Shown here piece after piece: positions 39,446 through 52,754 of a stretch of 64,000 nt of DNA; the stretch's first letter is position 1, and each line of letters starts with the position of its first letter. A program made the position numbers and the translations under genes. A model generated the notes under the pieces. That model was given only the letters and a program-made list of their open reading frames with translations. It was not told the origin of the DNA and did no database searches. The DNA lies in NCBI GenBank assembly GCA_028534125.1, contig CM052817.1, positions 12,774,001 through 12,838,000 on the forward strand. The letters run 5' to 3'. The stretch comes from Lama glama. Taxonomy: Eukaryota.

Positions 39446-39884
39446 AATCAAACAGTGCAAAATGCAAGCTGTACTTTTTGGTTAGTAAGAGCAAATTTTA
39501 GTTCACACATGAAATATTTTACCAAATTTGAATAACATGCTTAGAATTAAAATTTCTTACTCCTATTTTATTGTTATTCAGTTGTTCGTCATTGTAGGAG
39601 ATCAATATAATAGGTATGTGTTTTTTAACCCAAAACTATAAAGATATAATTAAAATTCTGAATCTATTACTTTTTTAGTATAATATGTATTGCATATTTT
39701 TAGTTTTTAATTTTGCTGGTGTAACTAATATACACAAAGTCCAATGAAAGAATATTATCACCATGTTTCTTTTCCAGCTATTCTTCTTATTTATTCACTT
39801 TATTCCATCATTATTAATGAAAATAATTTTTCATTAATGATTTCAAAATGATTCACTCTGGATATCAAATATGTCAAATGTATC

Positions 39885-39990
39885 TCTGAAAAACTCTTAA
39901 GGTGGGTGCATATATTATCCCCATTTTTACAGATGAGAAAACCTGAATGAAAGCTGGCAAGTGACAGAGTCAGATTTGGGTGTGAGGGAG
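39885..39990 (-). mobile_element. MIR fragment
   Basis: tattatccccatttttacagatgagaaaacctga. Confidence 0.75.
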
Positions 39991-41136
39991 ATGACTCTAG
40001 CTCAGAGGAGACCAGTTAGAAGACAATCTTAAAATTCTATCCTGGGGGCTTAGTGTGGAGCGGATGGCTTCTTTGAAGGGGCCCAGTGGTTTCTGCATGG
40101 TGGAATGACTTGCAAGTTGTTCCACGAACAATTCTTGCTAATGTTCACGAACAAGAAGGTTTCTAGTTTATTGTTCCCTCTGGAATAAAACTGATGAATA
40201 AATCTCACCTCTAGGGAGAGCACTGCTTCTAGTGATTACCAGGCCAAAGTTATAAAACTGAAATATTGTAATTTCAGAGTCACAACACTGAATTCCTAAT
40301 GGTGATCCTGTTCCTGATTTGATATAAATTTAATGAGGCAACCTTCAGAGCATAATATGATATGCAGGAAAATATTAGTAGTTGCTATGCTGACCTGTGT
40401 TACACCGTTAAGGAACGAGTCTCCATATAAAGTCAACAATAGCAGATTTCACTCCTCTTCCTGGATTGTTACTGGCAGAACATGAAATGACCAGTTAAGG
40501 TTCTCCCTCTAACAATGTTATCCTCCTGCATTATGAGAACTTCACGCTACATTTGTCTTTATTATTATCCAAATAGCAGGTTATTGCTGGATGTTTCTAT
40601 AGCTCCCCTTACCCAGCCCCCTTTCCTGCAGCTGGACAGGAGACAAGGCAAACAGAAAGTGGTACTTAGCAGTTTAAGATTCAGATCCCTCAGTCAGTTT
40701 GAAAACTCTGCTTCATTTCTGATTCTGTTGGGTTTGTTTTTCTTATCCATAAAACAATGCGTTATGTTGCTTTTTTCCTTGAACTTTTCCATTGTTGTAA
40801 ATCTCGGGGACAAAATGAGCTAAATTGCTTTAGAGTTCACTCACAATATATGCGTATTACTTCAAGCTTTACATGAAAAGTGGAATGATAGATTTGGGGG
40901 GGGGAGTGGGGGAAGAGCCTTTAAGTGATAGAAATGATACCATTTAGACTGTTGAAGCCCAAGATTGGCTGAACATTTATCCAGAGATTGTTGCTCTCTG
41001 GCAAGCCTTCAGCTTCTCAGTCCATCCAGTATTAGAATTTCTGCTGAGAATGGAGAACAAAACACACATCTGGGTCAGTTATGGAGACGGATCCTCTGTG
41101 AGGTAGGACCTCTCTCCAGGGTACTGAGACCACAGA

Positions 41137-41347
41137 TTTATTTTATTTTATTTATTTTTATTAAAGTATACTCAAGTTTACAATGTTGTGCCAATTTCTG
41201 GCATATAGAATGCTGATTCAGCTTTAATATACATATACATATATATATATACACACATATTTCTTTTCATAGTCTTTTTCATTATAGGCTATAATAAGAT
41301 ATTGCATATAGTACCCTGTGCTATACAGTAACACCTTGTTTTCGTCT
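41137..41347 (-). mobile_element. 5'-truncated artiodactyl-type L1 3' UTR
   Basis: (TTTA)n tail, gtttacaatgttgtgccaatttctgg, ctttttcattataggctataataagatattgcatatagtaccctgtgctatacagta. Confidence 0.9.
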
Positions 41348-42274
41348 GCTTATTTTAAATAAGCCAAGCTATAGATCTTCATTTGCTGTTAATTATTCTG
41401 GATGATTGCTTTTTCACAATTAATTCCATACTACTTTAAGTATAAAGGTGTCATTGTGAGGAAAGTGTGACAAGAACAGCTTCTTTCCGGGGATGTATCA
41501 AAAGAAAATGAACATGAATATGGGGAGAAAAAATGATTTGATTCATATTCCAAAACTTGTATTTTTCTGGGTCCACGTTTATCATCATTAGGAAACTACC
41601 CAGGAAAGTATTATGAACAAGTAGATCGTAAGGCAAAGGATTTTAGTCGAGTCCTTATAATTGTATAAGTGGAAGTAAGATAAGCAGAATGTTCTCCCCA
41701 TGGAAGAGTGGGGGTGGGGAGTTGAAAAAGAACAATTATCTGCGATCATGAAGAATTTTTTTTTTACCAAATATCAGAGCGATTCTTGAGGGTCACAAAG
41801 TTTGACCTAGCCAGCAGCCAGCAATGTATGTTTCAGCATACACTGAAAATTAAGTATTTTATGCAAAACGTATTTGCAAGGCAAACTTTCAAAAAAACGC
41901 AAACTTTCAAAAAAACAATGAAGCCACCCACAAGGTGAGCATTTTTAAGTTTGTGATATGTATTTAGCACACTGCTGACATTTAATCCTCCGTAAACTTC
42001 AGTTTAATGACTTTACCATCCCTCTGAGAGATGTCCACACAAGCCATCTAACGTAGTGATTTTCCCTGAGCTGAAGAGAGAGAGAGGCAGGGTGTATTAG
42101 AATTCCCTGAAAGGTGTTTTCAATATGCCCACCCTCAGGTGTTTGAGGCATGTGGCCCGCCAGGGGCCTGAATCAATATAGGAAAAGGGAGGGCCTGGGG
42201 AGCCGAGGCGACAATGCCTAATGCAACTCCCCTAGCTGGCCGGATGTCCAGACATACAGCCCACAGTTCCTGAG

Positions 42275-42555
42275 ACAGTACTGTATGAAGCTCTGAGCAT
42301 GGACCATGGAGCCAGACAACGTGGGTCCAAATCCCAGTTCTGCCTCATGTTTACTGCACGATGTTTCGTCATTTACTTAGACGCTCAACAATTCAATTGT
42401 CTTGAATTTTACTGGCGATGATACTAGAAATTATCCATCATGTGTGTAGCATGTATGTATATGTGTATGTGATAAATGATGGGAAGGAGCTGGCTAACTA
42501 GCTAGATAAAAACAATGCCTGGCAAAAGGAGGTGCTGTATAACTGTTAGCTGTCT
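42275..42555 (+). mobile_element. MIR SINE
   Basis: ggagccagacaacgtgggtccaaatcccagttctgcc...aacaatgcctggca...aactgttagctg. Confidence 0.75.
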
Positions 42556-42859
42556 CTATTAAGTTCAAGTCCAGGTGAAAAACCTATAACTAGGAAATAT
42601 ATTTGGGGGTGGGGGGGAATAGTAGGTCATGGCCTTGGCACAGGTGGAGAAAGAGCAAAAGGAAGGTTGTTTATCACAGTCAGGGCAAGCCTTCTTACCA
42701 GACTGCATTTTGCAAAATACCAGTTTGAAGACCAAATAGCTCTTAGAAGTGTTCTGATCATTTCTATTTTTTTTTAAGTTTGACTTTCTTGTTAACATTA
42801 TAAAATTGGGAGATTTCACATTAATATGCACATCAGTTGACACTTCACTTCTTCCTCTG

Positions 42860-43180
42860 TAATTCATTCTGCTTGGCTTCCACAGTACACCCTCAGAGTC
42901 TTTTTCTCCTTCATTGGCTGTTGCTTTTCACACTCCGCTGCTGACCCCTAAATGCAGAAGTACCCAAGGCTTAGTCTTTGGACCTCTTCTCATCTCTATT
43001 TACAATCATTTCTTTGTGGAGACCACCCAGTCCCAAGACTTTGAATATCATCCACGCCCTGATGGCTCCCAAATGTAGTTTGATCTTCCCAAAAGCACCA
43101 CCCCCATACTTCAGTCTCCCATCTAGTTTCCTGCTTGGCAGCTCCACGTGCATGTCCTTTAGGTAACTGTTCTAGTCCGT
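42860..43180 (+). mobile_element. L2 LINE fragment
   Basis: cccaaggcttagtctttggacctcttctc...ctttgaatatcatccacgccctgatggctcccaaatg...ctccacgtgcatgtcc. Confidence 0.75.
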
Positions 43181-43849
43181 CTTTTATGTAGAAAGATGAT
43201 TCTGTGCAAGAATTAAAATGCAAGCCTGGGGCAGTGGTGATGAGAGAGAAAGGAAGTGATGTAAGAGAATAAAGTGAAGCATTTCTGCACTGGTCACCTC
43301 AGAACAATGTGCCACAGAGAGACATGGCAAACTCTTAAGTAGGCTTCTTTATTCCACATCCAGGGAAGGCTACAAGAAAAAATTACAGTGTGGAGTAGTC
43401 TAGGGGAGAGAGAAATCTGCCTGGCTCCCTCCAGGCAATTCTCTTTAACTTCTGTCCTTTTGGTGGACTATCAGTGTGCTATCATCCAAGTGTTTAGATA
43501 TGACCGGTTGGTTCATCCAAGGTCAAAAATAGAAGGATGTTATAGCATAGGTAGGGGACAGCCAGCAACAGGGAAGAAGGAAGAAGAAGCCAGTCGAGGG
43601 CACCTGAGAAAGTGCACAGGTTTGGGCTCCAGCCCATCATCCTGAAATTAACCTGCCCCAGTTTATCTTCTCTCTTGAACACCTTCTTTCTCAAACAGAT
43701 GACTTCAAACTCGTAATCTGTCTCAGATGCAGAGAGCTCCAAATGTGCCTAGGGATACATTTGTTTGCTTTCTTTCTGACACATTCCCCATCTTATCTCA
43801 CAGCCAATCCTCACAGCTCTGCCTTCAGAATATAGTCAAGAGCTGGAGC

Positions 43850-44192
43850 CCTGACTTAGGGCTGTGCCCTGGCTATTTCCTTTGTGAAAATGACTTCCTG
43901 CTCTGCCCATATATGGCTCCCTTCCTTACCTATCTCAGATCCTGCTCAAATGTCACATCCTTGGTAAAGCCTTCCCTGACCATCTATTTAAAATGAAGCC
44001 CCTGATTTCTCCAGCACTTTCCTCACTTCTCGCCATCAGATGTTACGTGATTTAATTATTCATTATCCATGGTTCTAGATGAATATAATATAATGAGGGC
44101 AACATTTTTGTCTGTTGTGTTCATTGTTATATTCTCACCACCTAGAACAGTTTTCTGGCACCGAGGAGGTTTGCAATAAGGATTTGAATGAT
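43850..44192 (+). mobile_element. L2a-like 3' end
   Basis: ctgctcaaatgtcacatccttggtaaagccttccctgaccatctatttaaa...cctagaacag...ctggcac...tttgaatga. Confidence 0.8.
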
Positions 44193-44899
44193 TTCCAATA
44201 TCTCTTCAAAATAAAGTAAAGGTCCCAGTCTTGCCTGGCCCACATTTTCATGTGAGAATCCTCAGCTAGAGGGAGTAGATCCATCTGCTAGCAACTGACT
44301 TTACTTGGATGCCTCAGTTACAGGCCCCTGAATAAGCCCTGGGCTTAAGTTGGAAGCTTGAAGGGTTTTGCACTTCAAAGAAGATGACGGTGTCCCGACA
44401 TGATGCCTCAAGCGTCTCCCTTATCCTGCCCGTTTTCACCTCCTACTCCTTGGGTTGACCCGAGACAAGGGCAAATTTAAAAGTTCTCTGGAGAGGAAGA
44501 AATCACTTCTTGCTTAGGGTCTGATCTGAAAGTGGCTCTGCATAAAGATACTTCTTGTGTAAAGTAATTAAATGCTTTTTCTATCCAACACCTACCTCTG
44601 TGACAGTTAAAGAGCATCACTGCTTCATCAGTTCATCCTCATTCTGATCGCTGCTCTTCCCACAGTTTTCAATACTGCATGAGCACCAGAGAAATGTCAC
44701 CCCAGAGTGCTCCCTGAGCACCAGACTCTTCGACCCATCGGCCAGCTGCACACCGTCACCAGAATCTGTGCTCCAATGTTAACAAGCCCATAACAGAGCT
44801 CACTTTCTTCCTCCCTCACACATGTTCTTCTTCCTTGGAGTTTCAGTCTTAGTGGTACCAAGTCTGCATGCTTGATACAAGCAAGACAAGACAATTGTC

Positions 44900-45021
44900 C
44901 TAGATGTAATCTCAATGAGGGCAACACTTTTTATATGTCATGTTTATGATTATATTCTCACCACCTAAAACAGTTCCCAGTACAGAGGAAGTTTGTGATG
45001 AAGATTTGAATGAGTTCCAAT
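44900..45021 (+). repeat. Dispersed direct copy of 44075-44199 (L2 3' end)
   Basis: Shares ctagatg, aatgagggcaaca, ttatattctcaccaccta.aacagtt and gatttgaatga.ttccaat with 44075-44199. Confidence 0.85.
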
Positions 45022-46419
45022 GTTCAAAGGCAAGAAAATTGGCATAAAATTTTCTCTCCAGCTTATCTCCAACTTCCAATTGGTCGAAGTTTTATTCCAA
45101 ATAACCTTCCAAATAACTCCTGTTTATATTCCCCAAGTGTGTCTATGACTGCTTTAGTTTAGGGCTTCCTTATTTTTTCCTTGCATAATTGTAAGCAATG
45201 ACTACATGGAATCTTTACCGCTATCACTTTTAGCATATCAGCGTTAGTCTAAAACAAGATTCTAAATATTCTCTATAAAAAATCAAATTTGGGGGCCATA
45301 TGTGAATAACACTCAAGTTACAATTTGGGATCAAACTGTGAATATGCAGTGAAATCCTTCACGTGTAATATTTGGGTGCACTTGTTGAAACACTCCTGCT
45401 AGGCATAGCATCGCCACAACTTTTAGGTCAAGGTGAAAAAGGAAAGAAAACAGAAAAAAAGCTTGGAAATCACCTGAATGTTTATTCTGTGCAGTGATGC
45501 ACATCAAGGAATTTGAAAGCTTGAAGCGCAATAGGGTAGTTTTCCAATTTGCCCCGGGGGCAGCAAGAGAGGAGACCAAAACCAGAACAAAGAAATCTGG
45601 GTGTCAGTGAAACTTCGAAACTCTTTCAAGGGGAATTATATTTCCTGACAACATATGAATTATATAAAGTAAAGAGATTTGATTGAAATTTGTACAGCAT
45701 CCATTTGAAAGTTAATAATTAGCTATCAGGAGAAATGACTCTTTTCAAAATTATAATACAATAGAATGTGTCATACTAAACCTTCAAGGAGTGTGTGAGT
45801 GGTTTTATTTTGTTTCAGGCTCACAGTTGAGTTCAATATATAAACTCACCAAGCACTATAGCAGGGAAGCTTTTGTGCAAAATGAATGTAACACCAGGTC
45901 AGCACCAGTCAATCACTGTTCAATAGACTTCCTTCAGATAATACAATGGGCTTCAAAATAATCCAAGAAAAACAGTGTGAGGCCATTTCTGCTGAAGGAT
46001 TATCCCATTGAGAGCTTAAATTTCACTTCCCTCTACACTCATTTTCACATTTTAATTTACAGTCAGTTTATAGGTTTCCTCCAAATAATGATTTAGATTT
46101 TGGGTAATATTATTGTTCAAGATCCTTTCATTGCATATAATATCTCCTTTGTATTGAAGAAAGTTCATCTCCTCTCCCAAGCTAGTAGTGTCTGACCTGG
46201 TAGCGTACAGCCCAATTGAACTGAAGACCTGATAAGCTCAGTCTAGCAATTATTCATTTATTTTTTCATTCAGCCCAATAGTTAGTCAACACTATTTGTG
46301 CAGAACCATGGTGTATATTGTACCCAAACATATTTTTTGATGGGAAACAAATAGAAATGGAAGTTTACAATAATACTCGGTACGGCAGGGATTGAATTGA
46401 AGTGGTACTCTCAAACACT

Positions 46420-46846
46420 GACTGTGGAAATCGTGGCTTTTATTGCTGATTCTCTTGTATCCAGTCCATTCTAAGTAACTAGTCAAGTCAGTTGTGCAAT
46501 TCCAACTTCTCTTACAGGGATTGGTTGGGAATAAGCATGTGATCAATCTGGCCAATAACCAGTGAAGTGTGTGGAGGCTTCCGGGAAGACTTCCTTGTTG
46601 GCATGGAAGGAGGCACTGTGCCTTACTGTGTCCAGGGGAGATACCTGAAGCTGTAGTAGCCACTTGGCTGCCCGCCTGAGTATGACGTCAACACCAAGAA
46701 AGGAGAAATGGAAAGAACGTGGATCCTTAATCCTCCTTATCAAGCAACTTTGGAGGCTGCCCTAGCTTGGGAATTTCTAATAGTTTATCTTCTAGTTTAA
46801 TCCATTTCACAATGGTGCTTTGCTTGCAAGGAAACATCATAATAAC
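46420..46846 (+). mobile_element. Old MaLR LTR (MLT1J-like)
   Basis: gcatgtgatcaatctggccaat...ggcttccgggaagacttcct...gatacctgaagctgtagtagccac...cttgcaaggaaacatcataataaca. Confidence 0.6.
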
Positions 46847-47219
46847 ATGATTTGGTATGTTTCTCCAGCAGAGTGCATTGTCCTTGTATGAATAATCTTA
46901 AAATGCTTCTATACTTTGGCACATTTAAGTAGCATTCAGTGGATTTTTCCTGATTAAATAATCAGAAATGTCAATCAAGTTGTAAATATGGAAGCTTGCT
47001 ATTATCTTTTTATGATAGTTTAAATTTGAAACAACATAGTCATAAATGAAGAAATAGTTCAATTAAGCATATGAATCAATAGCACATACAATTAGACATT
47101 TATTGAAAACTTAGTTTTCAAAGAATATTCAGTGATATGGAGAATATTTGTAACATGATATCAAGTGAACACAAAAATATTATACTGAATACAAAATCAT
47201 TTACTAATGCTAAATCGAA

Positions 47220-47420
47220 CTACCAGCTATCGTCTATAGAGTTCTGGCTACTTGCCAGGCACAGAGTTGTGTGCATTAAAGTGAACCATTGCATAGGATT
47301 TTCCCAGCAGATCTTTGCAGGAGATGCTCTCATTATTCTAGGGTTACAGATTAGGAGATTACATAACTTGTCAAAGATCACCCAGCTACTAAGCAGTGAG
47401 CTGGAATTTGAACCCTGAGG
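47220..47420 (-). mobile_element. MIR SINE
   Basis: ttacagattaggaga...taacttgtcaaagatcacccagctactaagcagtgagctggaatttgaaccc. Confidence 0.8.
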
Positions 47421-47707
47421 GTAACCTTTCTCTAATATATTTAGGATAAATAGGGTCTGGCTTATGTCCACCTCTGAATTAACCTGTTCTGTGGCCAGCT
47501 TTCCCTGGTCTTTGGGTCCCTCACCAGAACTCTGCGATGTTCCTGTGGTCACCTGGCTCTTCACAGTGGATCGTCACCTCTGCTCCCCATTGCCATATGA
47601 AGGTAAAGCATCACTTCCTGCCTCATTCAGATCATTCACTTTCCCACAGTTCCATTGACACAAGGTTGTTCTGAATACAGAACTTTTAATGAAATGTTGA
47701 GATGAAA

Positions 47708-48695
47708 TTTTTAATTTTTTAATTTTTAACATTTTTTATTGAGTTACAGTCATTTTACAATGTTGTGTCAAATTCCAGTGTAAAGTACAATTTTTCAGTT
47801 ATACATGAACATATATATATTCATTGTCACATTTTTTTCCTCTGTGAGCTACCATAAGATCTTGTATATATTTCCCTGTGCTATTCAGTATAAATTTGTT
47901 TATCTATTCTACATTTTGAAATCCCAGTCTGTCCCTTCCCACCCCTCACCCCCTTGGCAACCATAAGTTTGTATTCTATGTCTATGAGTCTGTTTCTGTT
48001 TTGTATTTATGTTTTTTTTTTAGATTCCACATATGAGTGATCTCATATGGTATTTTTCGAATATATAGGCAGCTCTTATGACTTAATAAGAAAGAAACAA
48101 ACAACCCAATCCAAAAATGGGCAGAAGACCTAAACAAACAATTCTCCAAGGAAGACACATAAATGATCAATAGGCACATGAAAAAAAATGCTCAGTATCA
48201 CTAATTATCAGAGAAATGCAAATCAAAACTACAATGAGGTATCACTTCACACCAGTAAGAATGGCCATCATTCAAAAGTCTACAAATAACAAATGCTGGA
48301 AAGGCTGTGGAGAAAAGGGAACCCTCCTACACTGCTGGTGGGAATGCAGTTTGGTGCAGCCACTGTGGAAAACAGTATGGAGATTTCTCAAAAGACTAGA
48401 AATAGACTTACCATATGACTCAGGAATCCCGCTCCTAGGTGTATATCCAGAAGGAACCCTACTTCAAAATGACACCTGCACCCCAATGTTCATAGCAGCA
48501 CTATTTACAATGGCCAAGACATGGAGACAGCCTAAATGCCCATCAACAGATGATTGAATAGAGAAGAAGTGGTATGTTTATACAATGGAATACTATTCAG
48601 CCATAAAAACTGACAGCATAACACCATTTGCAGCAACATGGATGTTCCTGGAGAATGTCATTCTAAGTGAAGTAAGCCAGAAAGAGAAAGAAAAA
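47708..48695 (-). mobile_element. Young LINE-1 with 5' inversion (twin-primed)
   Basis: T-rich tail plus antisense 3' UTR and ORF2 end (47708-48058) is joined to the sense ORF2 C-terminus (48059-48695). The two pieces are contiguous on the L1 message (...gagaaagaaaaa|taccatatgagatcac). Confidence 0.93.
48059..48695 (+). pseudogene. LINE-1 ORF2p C-terminal fragment including the cysteine-rich motif
   Basis: [19 protein letters not shown]...[33 protein letters not shown]...[19 protein letters not shown]. Disabled by stops at 48079, 48160 and 48555 and by an A8 frameshift at 48181-48188. Confidence 0.96.
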
Positions 48696-51600
48696 CTTTA
48701 AAAAATTCACCACAGAGACATAAATTGATATTTTAAAGCTAAACATCTCTGTTCTTCTGAGTCCTTGCCATGGGAAATCCTCCACTAGCTGCCTCTTTCC
48801 CTCTGATTGGGCATCCAGCCATGTTGCTGGGGTTTTTCCTCTCACCACCTCCTGTCTCCCCAGCTGTAAGCTTCCAATCAAATCTAAGTTCCTATTAGCT
48901 TTCTATGCAAAGCTTCTCTGACTAGGTCTTGGGTGCATCTTTGTGTGTCTCAGATTTCTTAACGTATTGTGTATTTTTTAAGAGGAAAAGGACAAGCTCT
49001 TCTAGTATCGACACTTAGACTACCAGAACCTATAGAAGCTTAGAATCCTTACATTTAAGATTATACCAGATACATTTTAGGCAAAACTTTCTAAAATACA
49101 AACATCTTGTTATTTATACATTTTCTAGATTTCCCAAATAGAAGACATATTTTTGAACCAAAAATGCTTTATTTCAATAAACAAAACAAATGAACTTATT
49201 GTATTATAATTTATTTTAAGTTTAATTACTGCCCTATGTCTGCACTTACCCATCTACATGATTTAGGTGGATTTATTTACTTGTTTTGGTCATAGAACCC
49301 TCCCCTTTGAGAGGGACTTCTCTATTTTCCATACCTTCTCACTTCTCTCATTGACCTTTCAGTTTTCTACTGCTGTTCAGGTAACTCCATAATGAAGCTT
49401 TTATGATCCAGCACTGCCAAAGTCATATCTTGCTTCCAGAACTTTCTTAATGGTCACACTCAAATGTTCAATTAGATATGCCTTATTAATAGGATTATTG
49501 TATATTTTCTCGCCCTAATTAAGACAATTTTGAGAATTTAAGGCAATGCTATTAATTATTACACCTCTTAAACCAGGATTGCCCAGGTAACTGGAGACCT
49601 ACGGTCAGTCTTTATTAGGGAAAGTTCATGCTTTGAAACTTTCCAATTTAAGGGGAGGAAATGGAAAGTTTTAAATGTTAGGCTTCAAAGATAACATCTT
49701 AATTTTATCCAGAGTCTTCCATGACTTCAGGAAAAAGGTGAGGGAAGGGAATATTAATTGAGATGCTTCTGTGTGTTAGGTCAACACACTGCCAGGTGCA
49801 TGTATAGATCATCCCTTACTCTCGCAAGAACCTTCCTCAGTAGAGTTATTATCATTTTACAATTGCTTGGTTGACAAAGGAGAAATTTAGGGACAGAGGA
49901 ATCTTCTAGCATTTGTCTCATTATAACCTATTGGCAGCTGTTGACTCTGTCTAACAAAGCCAGTCTTTGAAAAGTACAGCTAATCCCACCTTATTCAATT
50001 TTATCTACTGGAGTAAAATACCCAGGCTCTTTCTCTATTTTCTAGTGTTATCAGGACTTTGATCTAAAGCCTTTTATTCTTATTCATAGTTAATATCTGC
50101 TCCAGAAGTTTCTTTCTAAATGCATGGCCAATATTCATGTTACTCAAGTACAAGTAGCAGCTACAAATCTTTTTGGTTCTGTTTATGCAACAATTCTCTG
50201 TATCTCGTGCTTGGCTCCTTGGAAGAGGAGAAAGAGGAAAGGGGATATTTGCCTCATTCTTTCCTGGGATTCACAATTTGTAAAAAGTTTGTTGCTCTTG
50301 AAAAATTCTGTAAGTAAACATGTCGACTACCCATACCTACAACAGCAGTAGGTAGCTCGCATTAATCAATGAAAATAACTTAGGTCCAAGTGGAAGAACC
50401 TCTGGGACTCAAAGTAGTTCAACTCTTTTCTTTAGCTTTTCCGTTTTGTATTTTACTTAATTTTCTCTCTGACAAAAATCTAACAACTAAACAAAATGGG
50501 AAGGCCATTTTATTTAAACAAAAGTGTCTAGGGAAAGAAAAAGGACACACAAATTTACATGTATATAGTCATCAAATATAGGCTGAGCACACAATTTTGG
50601 CTTGAAGTAGTACAATATTTTTCCTTCAAACATACACACACACGTGTAGATAAATTAATTATTTAATATATATCTCCTAAGTACCTACTTTGTGCCATGA
50701 ACTATGCACAGTTCTAGAAATTCAAAAATATTAAAAGCAAGCTTTGCTCTCTTAAGAATTTAAATTTAAGTGGAAGATACATATCCAACGGGGTTGATGT
50801 CCATCCATTTCTAAATAAATGATTGGTTGTTTAGAGAAGGATCAATTAAAAGAAAGAATTTAACCCTGTCTTCTTTAAACTGCATTCTGAGGGAAAATTG
50901 GCCCCTTTTATTGAAAGTATACAAAAATATTTTGAAAATATATTCTCTAATTCTTTACAATATGTTCTACCTACAATCTGTATTTGTTTATTACCCTCTG
51001 GGAACTCATACCAGGCTTTAGAAGATATGTGGGAAAGAAAAAAACACTTAGGAACAAATAAACCAGAAGTATTAAAGCATTAAGGAGTTCACCTTAATTA
51101 AATACTTATGCGGCAACAATTTAATCTAAATTTGGCATATGTCAAGGAAATTTTAGTAGTTTCTGTGAAATTATGAACAAAAGTCTTGCAGTTTCATGAG
51201 TCTGTGAAATTAAACAATGTAAAATATTAAAAGTGTTAGCAGTGTTAGTAACATTCATTAAATCCACGGTATCTTGTAACGCATATTGCTATGGACTCAT
51301 GAAGTTTAGGCAGGCATTTTACATGTTGAAACCTGAAAAAAAATTGTAAGAGACATATTACACCATTTTAAAATACAATAAGCACTTTCAACGATGAATG
51401 AAAAAGAAAATTCACAGTTCCATATGTTTGAATAAATGTTTCAATAATTTTATAGATTTTTTTTAGGATGGTATGTATAACAACTGTTGATTGTCCAAGT
51501 AAGGAATTAAGAGGTCCTCATTGTGTTTTTAAAGTTTGTGAAAATTGCCAATTTGTCGTTTTATGTTAGGGATTGAATGTATTTTTTTTTTCTCCTTTCA

Positions 51601-52594
51601 ACATCAGTAGTGACTACCACCTACCCTCATAAATATTATTGGAGGTGAACCAAGGGGCTAATTGTTATGTCTACAGTACACTACAAAAATTTATTTCTAC
51701 GCCCCTGCAGAGGCTTTTCCGTCTGATCATAATCATTCTTCCCCTTAACAACTATTTGATTTTATCTGATAGATATTTTTAATCCTAAAACCGACTAAGA
51801 CTCCTTGTATATTCTAGTTGCAAGAAAGTTTAGATATAACTTTAAGAACTACTATGAGGAACTGAAGTGAGGATGCAGGGAGCAATATTTGGTTGCGTAC
51901 AGGGTTTTATTTGTCTCCTGAATGTGTGGGTTTTGGTTTTGGTTTTTGTAAACTCTGTTTGGACAATTAGACATTTCACAAACACATACATAGAGAACAC
52001 ACACACAATTTTTACAAAAGTCCACCCATATTCTTACCACACTTACCTAAGAGTTAGTCCCTTTTAAAGGAAGTAATTGAACAAAGTCTCCACTACCCAC
52101 ATTACCATAAATTGGCCCACTGCATTCATTTACATCATGTATCTGCTTCCCATTAACTATTTGGTTTTGTGCCCTCTGCTTTTTGGTGTATGTTTCCCTC
52201 ATTTCTGCCTCAACTTCATGTTATTTCTCATTTATTTACTTTCCCTCTCATTTTTACCAATTTATAATATTTTCCTGCATTTCAGTGGTTTTCAAGTAAA
52301 AGTTGAGATATGAATACAAGAAACAAATGCTGATTAAGTGTGACAATGTATTACCAGGTTAAGTATTTCCATATTCTTCTTGCAACATAATATTGCATTT
52401 TTGTTTGGTTTTTATTTTTTTATCTACTTCAAATCTTTTCAAAATGAGATAGAGACTGTTATAAAACCAACCTTAACTTTTTTTTTTTTAAAATCACATT
52501 TTTACCAATGCTATCTTTAGACATTTTCACAGGATCTATCAGTTGAGCCAGTTTGGCTGAAACATGGTCACAGAAGTATAGACAAATACATGAG

Positions 52595-52754
52595 TGTGAT
52601 AGTTGATTTTTTTGTGTCAGCCTTGGCATGGATTGCCCAGATGTATGATCAAATATACTGCAGGTGTTTCAGTGACAATATTTTGAATGAGATTAACATT
52701 TCAACTGTTAGACTTTGAGTAAAGCAGATTGCCCTCATAAATTGGGTGGGCCTC
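52595..52754 (+). mobile_element. ERVL MLT2-type LTR 5' part, truncated by gap
   Basis: tgtgatagttgatttt...tgtgtcagc...tgcccagat...gagattaacattt...gactttgagtaaagcagattgccctcataa..tgggtgggcctc. Confidence 0.88.

Noticed and set aside
39813..39838. 11-bp inverted repeat attaatgaaaa-taat-ttttcattaat
   Set aside because: Almost entirely A/T in very AT-rich DNA, so plausible by chance, and too short for a pre-miRNA.
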